Source: an uncultured virus (IMG/VR IMGVR_UViG_3300030372_005500) (lineage: Duplodnaviria; Heunggongvirae; Uroviricota; Caudoviricetes). From it: a stretch of DNA of 64,000 nt. The position numbers and the translations under genes were made by a program. The notes under the pieces are model-generated. The model was not told where the DNA came from and did not search any database. It worked only from the letters and a program-made list of their open reading frames with translations. Of this stretch, positions 51,100 to 59,776 are shown piece by piece. The stretch is taken from the IMG/VR virus record IMGVR_UViG_3300030372_005500, one strand, 5' to 3'. Numbering within the stretch: position 1 is the stretch's first letter; each line of letters opens with the position of its first letter.

Positions 51100-51116
51100 G
51101 GGCGAAAGCCCGTCAT

Positions 51117-51428
51117 ATGGAAATAAATGAATTAATAGACAAAAGACAGAATTTAGAAGAACAGTTAAAAGAAATCAATAGAAACATAGAGAAGGAAACA
51201 ACTAAGACAAAGCCAAAACAGTACAATGTAAACTTTGTTTTAGGTGTTAACTGCAATATGATTGTTTTAGCACATTCTAAAACTGAAGCAAAAGAAATAA
51301 TAGACGAATTTGTAGAAGATGTTCAGTTTTCAGGAGAACTGCATGACCAAGATTTTGAGGATACAGTAGAAGACGGATATTATGAAAAGTCAGAAGGCGA
51401 TAAGCCTCAATATTTATTTCTTGAATAA
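51117..51428 (+). CDS. Acidic hypothetical protein, last gene of the array
   Basis: 103 aa, element upstream, terminator downstream. Confidence 0.7.
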   Translation: MEINELIDKRQNLEEQLKEINRNIEKETTKTKPKQYNVNFVLGVNCNMIVLAHSKTEAKEIIDEFVEDVQFSGELHDQDFEDTVEDGYYEKSEGDKPQYLFLE

Positions 51429-51430
51429 GA

Positions 51431-51468
51431 GCCCTGTCACAGGAAACACCTGTGATGGGGTTTTTTTT
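51431..51468 (+). terminator. Stem-loop plus T8 terminator
   Basis: CCCTGTCACAGG-AAACA-CCTGTGATGGGG-TTTTTTTT. Confidence 0.75.
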
Positions 51469-51488
51469 ATTTTGAAAATCGCTAATCA

Positions 51489-51525
51489 GGCCCTATCAGG
51501 CAAACAACCTGGTAGGGCTTTTTTT
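51489..51525 (+). terminator. Second stem-loop plus T-tract terminator
   Basis: GCCCTATCAGG-CAAACAA-CCTGGTAGGGC-TTTTTTT. Confidence 0.75.
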
Positions 51526-51534
51526 ATTTTTATA

Positions 51535-51570
51535 GAAAGTATTTATACGGTTCCCAGCTATTAAAAAATA
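51535..51570 (+). promoter_or_regulatory. Putative BRE-TATA promoter for a leaderless transcript
   Basis: GAAAGTATTTATAC about 22 nt upstream of ATG 51571. Confidence 0.5.
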
Positions 51571-51753
51571 ATGTTCGAGAGTGTTATTGATTCATTGACC
51601 TCAATTTTGGTTGTCTTTTGCTTAATGATGATTTCACTATATGCAGGCTTCATAATGGGTCTGAAAAAGAAAGTGGATCTACTGACAGACGGATATATTT
51701 CAGGCCTGGAAGAAGAGAATAAAAGGTTGAGAAGTGAAAAAAGAAAAAGCTGA
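51571..51753 (+). CDS. Small single-TM protein
   Basis: 60 aa, hydrophobic N-terminal half. Confidence 0.65.
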   Translation: MFESVIDSLTSILVVFCLMMISLYAGFIMGLKKKVDLLTDGYISGLEEENKRLRSEKRKS

Positions 51754-52135
51754 TGCTAAAACAATTGTTTTGTCATATCTGGCAAGTAAGAGGGACGCCT
51801 TTCTCAAAATGGCAGACAAATACGAACAAAAAACATTTACAGTAACTCCACATATTATATCAAGGTATGCGGATGCAGAGGTTTTACACACCAAACCTTT
51901 TTGCAAGCCTCTACAGTATAGTATATTGAAATACTTAGACTTTCTTAGAGACGAGCCTTGGGTTGTCAGTGCAGAAGAAGTTAGATTAGATATAAATCTA
52001 ACAGATAGTGGCGTATCGAAAATAGAATACAAATTCGTTTTCAAAAAAAATGATATGGAGGAATATAATGAAGAAGACCCTGAGTATATTACAAGCGACA
52101 CTATTGCTGCTTCTAATAATATCACCAGCAGTTAA
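51734..52135 (+). CDS. Hypothetical protein
   Basis: 133 aa, GTG start. Confidence 0.6.
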   Translation: MKKEKADAKTIVLSYLASKRDAFLKMADKYEQKTFTVTPHIISRYADAEVLHTKPFCKPLQYSILKYLDFLRDEPWVVSAEEVRLDINLTDSGVSKIEYKFVFKKNDMEEYNEEDPEYITSDTIAASNNITSS

Positions 52136-55100
52136 TGCTGAAGAGAGAGAACAAACGGTAGACATAGAATTTAAGTCTGATTTTGAATCACCATTTAGAC
52201 AGAATATATTGTCTCAGGACCAGATGACGTTGAATATGGAGACCTGGGCCATTCAGCCTAAAGGAGTATATTCAGGACCAATAATGTCTGAAAACATAAT
52301 GCAATTTGATTTTCAATTAAGAAGTAATCAAGTTACATCTAATCTTATATCAAATGAACCAGCATTGAGACAAATAATTCCAACTGAAGAGGCTTTTTTT
52401 GGATATGATTATAATATAGACAGTGACTTGAATTGTTATGCAGAAACAATCTCATCCAATAATCCTGATGATGATTATACAAATGACTTTGAGGACGATT
52501 ATGATTGCTTAGGGTTACCAGAAGATTGGTCAAATAGCGATAATTCTATAACTGACCCATATGGAAGAGATGATATGGGAAAGATTTGGTCAGATTACAA
52601 ATCATCTCCAGACATAATAAGCTACGAAACAAATATCCCTTTATGGGGTGAAGATAGTTACAGATCATACTTTGCAGCATCTGTGCCAGTTCAGTTTTCT
52701 CACCAAGACATTATGAGTGGAGCAAGTGAATTTTGGGTTAGAACTCCAATAGACGGCAAATATAATCCTGCAAATTCTCAACTTGCTATATTTGAAATAG
52801 ACGATATAAATGATATAGAGTTTGGAGTGGAACCAAATAGCATATTGAATAACACAGCATGGAATGGAGAATGGCAGAATCCAATAGCATATACACCTCC
52901 AGAGATGATTAGAAATGCAGATATAACTCACGCTAATGGAAATTTAATCTATGAAAATAGTCTAAATGGACACTCAGCACTTGCTTTTGATTTTTCTGAG
53001 GCTGTTTGTGCGACAGTAGACAATGGTACAAATGATGCAGATTCAGGTTCTAACCCATACATAAGCTCCAATGGTAAAAACCTCGAAGCAGTATTCCAAT
53101 CATCGGCCAATATGTATTGTCCTGAGGGTAATTTCCCAATAATACAATCAGAATCTATACCAGTACATTCCACACAGACATTACAATTACCAACAGAATA
53201 CGATACAAGCCTAACATCAACAAGTTGGGACCGTACATATCATAGAGTAAATTCATTTATCTATCCAAATCAACCTTATCTATTTGTATTTCTTTTAGAA
53301 TTAGAAGAATCAAATCCAATTATATCATGGACTGCAGAAGATGCAAATGGCCCAGGACAAGAGACATTCATTAGATATGGAGAATATAATTTTAGCAATC
53401 CATTTAATGATGATGGGCAATTAAATTACTTAAGAAATCCACATACTCACAATTCAAATACAGAAAGAGTGCCTTTAGACTCAGGAACTTCATTTGTTTT
53501 CACACAAGGTCAATCACAAGACATGGCAGGTTATCGCTTTCATGCAGATAATACAACAGTTTCGTTTATGAAAGAACTTCCAGAGGCAGTATCTCATAGT
53601 CCAGGAGCAGATGGCAAATTTGATTGGTATGATGGAGACCCTGCAGTTAATGATGATGAATTGGATTTCGTATCATTGTATATGCCCTTTATTAATCATG
53701 AAAGAAAAGATATTACTATAGAATACATGGCCTTGGCTTATGAACTTCAAGATGATGGAGATGTATTTTTGAAGCAGTGGATGAATGCCTCAAGAATGGG
53801 TTGTTTCAATGACACAAGACCTCAAGGTACTGGTTTTTCAAGTTCTTCAGCAAACTGGGATAATATGTGTGAAGATCCATTAGATACGGAAGATTATTAT
53901 GGAATGAGTGAAATGTTAGATGCGAAACACAATTATTATTATTCTGGATTCTGGTATTTAGGATATCCTGACGAAGGGCTTAGTATTCGGCCAATGGATG
54001 GCTCCACAGGCACAGCTCTTGAAGGTTTTAGTTGTGCATATAGTGACCTTGTTAATTGGGGTACAAATTGCCGTAGTGATGATTTTCAAAGAAGAGCAGG
54101 AGTTCTAAATGATGAAACTACAAATCCAGAATATTTTAGAAAACAACATACAGATTATTTCTTGCATACTTCTGAATTAATACCTGAAAATGGGACAACA
54201 CACATATTATATTTATTTAAATTTGCAGGAACTCACCATTGGCAATCAAATATTGAAGATGTATGTTTTTATTGTGATGCTCAAAATCCATTCACTCCTG
54301 CAGAATTCACTTCAAGTGCAAACGAAGCAGGTACGATTCAAGAAATGAACCGAATAACTTCTTTCAATAAGGACCGAGATTCAGATGGTGACGGTAGAAC
54401 TGATACCGATTGCTTGCAATATTCATGCCAGCAGAATACAACAGACATAACTTTATTGATACAAAAACCGTCTTCTAAAACTGGAGAAAGAGAATTACCG
54501 TTGCCTATCTGGGGTGTAGGGCCAAATATGACTTGCATAAGTCGGTCAACTTTTAATTTTAATGGGGTTGACCCTGGAACTATATCGTCGGATAATGTAA
54601 CAACTTGTCCAGGCACCTTTTCTGCACCAATTAATGGATGGGCTAAGTATCAAGAAGTACATGATAGGGTTGATGGCTACCGAATAGATGGAGCAAGAAA
54701 TGAATTGATTGTATCAAGTGCAGATTGGTTTAATCCGTTAGGAATTTGGTGCACAAATGATAGAATTCAATTAGGTTTTGGCGCAATAAATGGATACGGA
54801 TGGAACACTGCAAAACCATGTGTTACTGATGATAGTTTGCAAGGGTGGTCAAATGCCGATAACAAAGGTGAAGATAGGGCGAGAGGAGTTTATGAGATCA
54901 ATGGAAGAAGTGCTACATACACAAGCATACATGACTATGAGTTTCATTCAACAGAATTAATGGCTTCAGCATCACTTACAAGCGGTAGGTGGACTGAAGT
55001 AAAAGGAACATCAACTGGTTTTGATTATTTAGACAATACATTTAGGCATAAGATAGTTGAAAGGAACATTTATGAACTTACGATAGTCACATCTAATTAT

Positions 55101-55631
55101 GATGTACCTGAATGTCCAGTAGGCACTACTGAAGTGGATGGTCTTAATTGTGCAGATTCAGGAGATGTAGCACTAAGAAGTGTAATATCAGATACAGTGA
55201 ATGTATTGAAAGATGTAGGACATTCTTGTAATCCCGTAAGTGTTAACTCTCAAGCGGCTTATTGGGATGTTACATATGATATGGACTGGGACAAATGTGG
55301 TAGTTCAATAAAAGATGCTATAGCAGGAGTAGCCCAATATGATTGGGGTACTTTTGTAGAAGGGGCGCAAGCACTGTATGGAAATATAGAAGATGCAATA
55401 GGAAAGGCTTGGGAGCAAATTAAAGGGCTTGGAGAATGGTTTGCTCGTGTTGCAGTAGATGCAATGGGCATAATAACAAGTTTATTCCATGAGATAGGAG
55501 CCCATATGGATGAAATCGTTACGGGATTCTTATATCTTGCAGGATTACTTGGACTTTCATTCTTTTTACAGATGATAGTAAGATTTGGTGCAACAATATT
55601 AATTTCTATTGAAAGAAGAGGTGCAGCATAA
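52068..55631 (+). CDS. Large secreted Cys-containing protein with C-terminal amphipathic helices and TM anchor (candidate spike/envelope protein)
   Basis: Signal peptide MKKTLSILQATLLLLLIISPAVNA after GGAGG; C-terminal TM. Confidence 0.75.
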   Translation: MKKTLSILQATLLLLLIISPAVNAEEREQTVDIEFKSDFESPFRQNILSQDQMTLNMETWAIQPKGVYSGPIMSENIMQFDFQLRSNQVTSNLISNEPALRQIIPTEEAFFGYDYNIDSDLNCYAETISSNNPDDDYTNDFEDDYDCLGLPEDWSNSDNSITDPYGRDDMGKIWSDYKSSPDIISYETNIPLWGEDSYRSYFAASVPVQFSHQDIMSGASEFWVRTPIDGKYNPANSQLAIFEIDDINDIEFGVEPNSILNNTAWNGEWQNPIAYTPPEMIRNADITHANGNLIYENSLNGHSALAFDFSEAVCATVDNGTNDADSGSNPYISSNGKNLEAVFQSSANMYCPEGNFPIIQSESIPVHSTQTLQLPTEYDTSLTSTSWDRTYHRVNSFIYPNQPYLFVFLLELEESNPIISWTAEDANGPGQETFIRYGEYNFSNPFNDDGQLNYLRNPHTHNSNTERVPLDSGTSFVFTQGQSQDMAGYRFHADNTTVSFMKELPEAVSHSPGADGKFDWYDGDPAVNDDELDFVSLYMPFINHERKDITIEYMALAYELQDDGDVFLKQWMNASRMGCFNDTRPQGTGFSSSSANWDNMCEDPLDTEDYYGMSEMLDAKHNYYYSGFWYLGYPDEGLSIRPMDGSTGTALEGFSCAYSDLVNWGTNCRSDDFQRRAGVLNDETTNPEYFRKQHTDYFLHTSELIPENGTTHILYLFKFAGTHHWQSNIEDVCFYCDAQNPFTPAEFTSSANEAGTIQEMNRITSFNKDRDSDGDGRTDTDCLQYSCQQNTTDITLLIQKPSSKTGERELPLPIWGVGPNMTCISRSTFNFNGVDPGTISSDNVTTCPGTFSAPINGWAKYQEVHDRVDGYRIDGARNELIVSSADWFNPLGIWCTNDRIQLGFGAINGYGWNTAKPCVTDDSLQGWSNADNKGEDRARGVYEINGRSATYTSIHDYEFHSTELMASASLTSGRWTEVKGTSTGFDYLDNTFRHKIVERNIYELTIVTSNYDVPECPVGTTEVDGLNCADSGDVALRSVISDTVNVLKDVGHSCNPVSVNSQAAYWDVTYDMDWDKCGSSIKDAIAGVAQYDWGTFVEGAQALYGNIEDAIGKAWEQIKGLGEWFARVAVDAMGIITSLFHEIGAHMDEIVTGFLYLAGLLGLSFFLQMIVRFGATILISIERRGAA

Positions 55632-55698
55632 TGTTTGAAAGACTAAAAATGTTTTTATATCTTTTAGAATCATATAGGGAGCACAAAGGAGATTTAGA

Positions 55699-58506
55699 AT
55701 GAGAGCAATATTCGTATTCATAGTATTAATGGTAAACATAGCATCACCTGCAATGGCAGATGAAGATAGTATTTTTGAAGGTAGTAAACCAATTAACATT
55801 GAACGAGTTCTTGAAGTATCTGAAGACTTATTAGTTGCTAATGCAACGGAGAATGTAAATCTAATTAATGTAGGCGATACAGCAAATATAACACGAAATA
55901 TAGAGACTTGGACTGATTTTAAAAATACAACAGGTGAAGACGGAGCTTATGTCGGTGCACCGTTTGAAGAGAATATACTTAGAGTAAATGATTCAGGTGC
56001 GGTAATCGTATCAGGGTTACTCAGAGCTCCATCGGATGCAATCATGTCAGGAGCTTCAGAAGGATGGCTCAGGATACCTTTGAATCTTAATATTAATGAA
56101 ACATACAAGAAGTGTGCATTGACTTTTAATGAAGATTACCAAACGCCACCTCTACCAGAGAATCCTTGGCAGGCATGTTCACCTAATTTAGATATAAGAA
56201 TGCAGATCTACCACATAGGAAATCCTAATTCTTATAATTTGACTGCAGATGGATATCCAAGCCTATGTTGTAAATGGGGTTCTGATTATAATCCTGGTTG
56301 GAGCGATATGGAATTATTTGATTCATATTTTGACCATTCAATAGAGCCTTTAGCACATCCAACTAAAGTATGGGACAAAGTATATCGTCACTCCCATAAA
56401 GACCAGAAATGTTCTCCAGAATTTTTTATGCCATGGGCACCACCTGGACTTGAAAGTGTAATGCCACAAGAGATAGCAGATTATTATGGTGCTACAAATC
56501 CTATGATACCTGGAGGATGTAGAGATGCAACAGATAACTCAATTCCTCTTACAGGAGACCTAATAAGAAGAGATATAGACAATAGAACTTATCTTTGGTG
56601 GTCATTCCCATGGTATCCTGATGAACACTATGCCTATATAATAGAAACTAATAACTCAATGATATTTCCTGAGGTATATTGGACAACTGCAGACCTTGGT
56701 GATGATGGGATAAGTAAGAGTTATTTGAAATTAGAAGATAATATGCATTATAGTTTGAAAGAAGAATGGGCATCACTATCACCAGCGACTTGTGGTGTTT
56801 CAGGTTACTTTAAAACAGATTGCGATGATAATTTGGTTTACAATAATTATACACTTCCAGTAGACCTCGGAACTTCTGTATTATTTACAGAAGGCCATGG
56901 TTATGGTGTAAGAGGCTTTAACATTACTGATACTGCTACAACATACAATAATCTTGGTTATGGACAGAATACACAATGGGAATATAGAACACCTCTTGAT
57001 GGAATAATGTTCTATGACAGGTTAGATAGAGCATTTGATAATACTAAAGATAGATTAACATTCACTATGCCCTTTTCATTACCAGATGTTACAAACACTA
57101 ACACAACTGATTTTGAAGAGCGAGCAATAGTAACTACTTGCGTACAAGGATTAGATGATTCTTTAATGCCAATAGATGACGAGAGCTGGACATGCAATCA
57201 GCAGGTTGCAACAGACCATGTAATCATAAGTGGAAGAGATACGGACGTAGATACGGCTTCAAACATACTATATGCTCAGAATACATGGGGTTCTGGTATT
57301 TGTTATGATCATACAAGTGCAGTTCCTGCAGTACCTAATTGTGATGAATATGGAGATTATGGTATATGGACTTCAAGTGGTGGTGGTTTTGAAGATACTG
57401 CATTTACTCCAGGGCGACAAGATGGAGATGAAAATCTACACGGAGCTACTTATCTAAAATACTGGATGTCTTTTGAATTTTATGACCCTCCAACTATAGA
57501 TGGAGGAGGTTTAGTAGATATGAGTCCTCAATGTCAATATTCAGTTGATTTCTATACTATTTCATGTAGAGGAGATGGAACCCGAATCTGGTTACATGAC
57601 TTTGCAGGTGAAGAGATGGATGAAGATTCTCAATTAATGAATTCAATGTGGGTATTCCAGGGCGGCAATTTAACTAATGCTCACAGCACACAAGAAGCTG
57701 AAGAGGGTTATTTTGACCATAGACACTTTAGACAAGTAGGAAGTCCATTCCCTCTTTATACTGAATCTTATACATATGCAAATAATATATCTATGTGGAA
57801 TAATTCAATTAATCTTAAGCATTATAATTGGAGACCTTTCCATACTACAGAAATATCAGAAGGAACATTAGCTAACATAAATCCAGTCCAAGTAGGTCAA
57901 ATATTTGAATATCATGTTAAAGTAATACATGAGGGTGTAGAATATACGAACTGTGAAGCCTATGAAGTAGTTCAAGGAATAAAGGAAGGTAATGTAATGT
58001 TAGATAGTTATTCTTTCCAGGGTTCTGGCATGCCTCTTGAATTTGCAGAGGATGGCTTTTGTGACGGTAAAAGTTTCAAGGAAGTATATAATTTCGTTCA
58101 ACAGACTACTGAACAATGTAGGGCGTTAAATCCGAGTGGAAATGGTAAAGGTGGTTTCTGTGAAGCAGGAATGTTAAATTGGCAGACAAGAGAGCTAATA
58201 GAATTACCAGGCTTAATTAGTCAGGAAGTTAATTTAGCATTTATGTTGGAGATTTTGGCCTTCATAGTAAATAGAATAGAAGAGAACCTAAATTCTGTTG
58301 GTCAACTTATATTGTTCCTTCTCCCATTTTCAATATTCATAGTAGGTATTGCAATAATATGGCATGCTACCAGGATGTTAACTTTGATGATAAGAGGTGA
58401 ATTAGATATGGCCTTAGAGCTTACTGACCTTGATAGGTTCGGTATTGCAGGTATAACAAAGGCCTTTACCAATTTAGATTATCTGCGGAGGAGGCCGAAA
58501 GAGTAA
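55699..58506 (+). CDS. Large secreted, TM-anchored paralogue of the 52068 protein
   Basis: Signal peptide; shared IMSGASE.W.R.P and P.D.GTS..FT.G motifs; C-terminal TM. Confidence 0.75.
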   Translation: MRAIFVFIVLMVNIASPAMADEDSIFEGSKPINIERVLEVSEDLLVANATENVNLINVGDTANITRNIETWTDFKNTTGEDGAYVGAPFEENILRVNDSGAVIVSGLLRAPSDAIMSGASEGWLRIPLNLNINETYKKCALTFNEDYQTPPLPENPWQACSPNLDIRMQIYHIGNPNSYNLTADGYPSLCCKWGSDYNPGWSDMELFDSYFDHSIEPLAHPTKVWDKVYRHSHKDQKCSPEFFMPWAPPGLESVMPQEIADYYGATNPMIPGGCRDATDNSIPLTGDLIRRDIDNRTYLWWSFPWYPDEHYAYIIETNNSMIFPEVYWTTADLGDDGISKSYLKLEDNMHYSLKEEWASLSPATCGVSGYFKTDCDDNLVYNNYTLPVDLGTSVLFTEGHGYGVRGFNITDTATTYNNLGYGQNTQWEYRTPLDGIMFYDRLDRAFDNTKDRLTFTMPFSLPDVTNTNTTDFEERAIVTTCVQGLDDSLMPIDDESWTCNQQVATDHVIISGRDTDVDTASNILYAQNTWGSGICYDHTSAVPAVPNCDEYGDYGIWTSSGGGFEDTAFTPGRQDGDENLHGATYLKYWMSFEFYDPPTIDGGGLVDMSPQCQYSVDFYTISCRGDGTRIWLHDFAGEEMDEDSQLMNSMWVFQGGNLTNAHSTQEAEEGYFDHRHFRQVGSPFPLYTESYTYANNISMWNNSINLKHYNWRPFHTTEISEGTLANINPVQVGQIFEYHVKVIHEGVEYTNCEAYEVVQGIKEGNVMLDSYSFQGSGMPLEFAEDGFCDGKSFKEVYNFVQQTTEQCRALNPSGNGKGGFCEAGMLNWQTRELIELPGLISQEVNLAFMLEILAFIVNRIEENLNSVGQLILFLLPFSIFIVGIAIIWHATRMLTLMIRGELDMALELTDLDRFGIAGITKAFTNLDYLRRRPKE

Positions 58507-59003
58507 TGGTAAAGATAGATAAGCCAATAAAGGAGAATTATCCGAATGTCTTTGAAGCATTCGATTATATGGAATTAGGGTTTTGGGTTCTTACAGTAAT
58601 AACTATAGTAACTTTAGCCAGTATATTATTTAAATTCTTATCAAGTTATGGAATAGATGATAGTAGAGATCTACTACACCCTGGTCTACGTTTTGGTCCA
58701 GGACATTTTGCACATCGAGTGGTTTTAGTTATATTGTACCTACTTAGGTTTTTAGGTGTAATAATAGTCATAACTGAGTTTGTAGAAGGTTTTGACTTTA
58801 ATTTATTCATGGAAATGAATTATTGGGATTTCTTTGTTTTAGGGCTGTTACCAGCATTTTTCTGGTTCGGCTTTTTCTTGGTTCTTAGCGAATGGTTTAA
58901 GTTCCAGTGGATGGGTTCAGTACAGAGGTGGGAAGAATATATTGAGGCCTATACCTTGGAATTACCTGAGCCTGACTACGAAGAAGAATATTACGAAGAA
59001 TAA
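58506..59003 (+). CDS. Integral membrane protein (about 3 TM)
   Basis: 165 aa, three hydrophobic segments. Confidence 0.7.
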   Translation: MVKIDKPIKENYPNVFEAFDYMELGFWVLTVITIVTLASILFKFLSSYGIDDSRDLLHPGLRFGPGHFAHRVVLVILYLLRFLGVIIVITEFVEGFDFNLFMEMNYWDFFVLGLLPAFFWFGFFLVLSEWFKFQWMGSVQRWEEYIEAYTLELPEPDYEEEYYEE

Positions 59004-59020
59004 AATAGGAAGAAACGACA

Positions 59021-59776
59021 ATGGCAGACAGCATAATGACGGAGGAACTCTTCACTCTATTATTAATTGGGATGGTAGGATTCTACTTTCTCAGTTTAGT
59101 AATAAAGAACGCATACGGTTTGGCGTTCCTCAGAACCAGCAACCAAAGACAGAAATCTTTGAAGGTAATAGACCCACATGCATTACAGCGTGTAAAACAC
59201 GACATAATACAATCATGTAAGGCGTCTTTACCAAGAGGACCAGCCAAACTATGGCTAACAGGCAGTAGACACGTCTCAAGGGTGTTTCTGGGGCATATAG
59301 AGGGCATTAACGAAACAAACTCAATAAGGTGGTTTGTTGTAAAGCCAAAAAAGGTTAGTATCTTTTCTTTTTCTATACCTCTTTCATATTCCAGAGTTAT
59401 AGCCGTTCACAAAGATTATTGTTCACACCCTACAAGTCCAGATATATTTATTAGAGCCACAAGTATCAATCTTCATGCAGACGCTTTCTGGGTTCCATCA
59501 TATATTGATGATTATGAAGAGCCAATTGACACTCAAAGACTTCTTGAAATGTGGGATGAATTAATAATGGATTGGAAAGTATGGATGCTAAGATTCCAGC
59601 ATATAGTCCAGACTGATCTCGGACCTCGTTTATTGGTAAGAGCTATGAATCCAAGTATAGCAGACAGGGCCAAGGAAATATACCCTGGAGGTCCAGTAAG
59701 AGAAATAGAAGTTAATGAACAAACAGGAGGCAAATATACTGAGCCTCCTAAAAACCCAAGGGGGCCTATGCAATGA
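59021..59776 (+). CDS. N-terminally anchored membrane protein
   Basis: 251 aa, one N-terminal TM. Confidence 0.7.
   Translation: MADSIMTEELFTLLLIGMVGFYFLSLVIKNAYGLAFLRTSNQRQKSLKVIDPHALQRVKHDIIQSCKASLPRGPAKLWLTGSRHVSRVFLGHIEGINETNSIRWFVVKPKKVSIFSFSIPLSYSRVIAVHKDYCSHPTSPDIFIRATSINLHADAFWVPSYIDDYEEPIDTQRLLEMWDELIMDWKVWMLRFQHIVQTDLGPRLLVRAMNPSIADRAKEIYPGGPVREIEVNEQTGGKYTEPPKNPRGPMQ

Larger units (their letters stand above)
39976..51116 (+). repeat. About 36 copies of a start-associated element: GC stem (4-5 bp) + loop + NTC-NN-ATG
   Basis: Compact copies start at 39977, 40262, 40376, 40794, 41041, 41386, 41553, 41795, 41993, 42318, 42676, 42936, 43511, 43750, 44515, 44686, 44839, 47673, 48125, 48322, 48982, 49278, 49452, 49635, 50063, 50347, 50611, 50840, 51100; extended copies at about 40408, 41057, 42008, 45719, 46523, 47692, 48581. 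Confidence 0.92.

Noticed and set aside
39976..51116. CRISPR array reading of the repeated element
   Set aside because: Repeats are only about 17 nt, vary in sequence, and are separated by whole genes of very unequal length; no cas genes seen.
39976..51116. Elements as intrinsic terminators
   Set aside because: No T-tract on either side; the conserved flank is NTC-NN-ATG. Real terminators at 51431-51525 look different.
39976..51116. Hammerhead ribozymes (GGCC-GAAA-GGCC-like stem and GUC triplet)
   Set aside because: The CUGANGA and GAAA core segments are absent at the required positions.
39976..51116. Classical integron attC cassette array
   Set aside because: No RYYYAAC/GTTRRRY boxes, sites far shorter than attC, no integrase in the window; a non-classical recombination role is not excluded.
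51382..51564. 60 aa ORF in the track
   Set aside because: Runs through both terminators and the next promoter; likely spurious.
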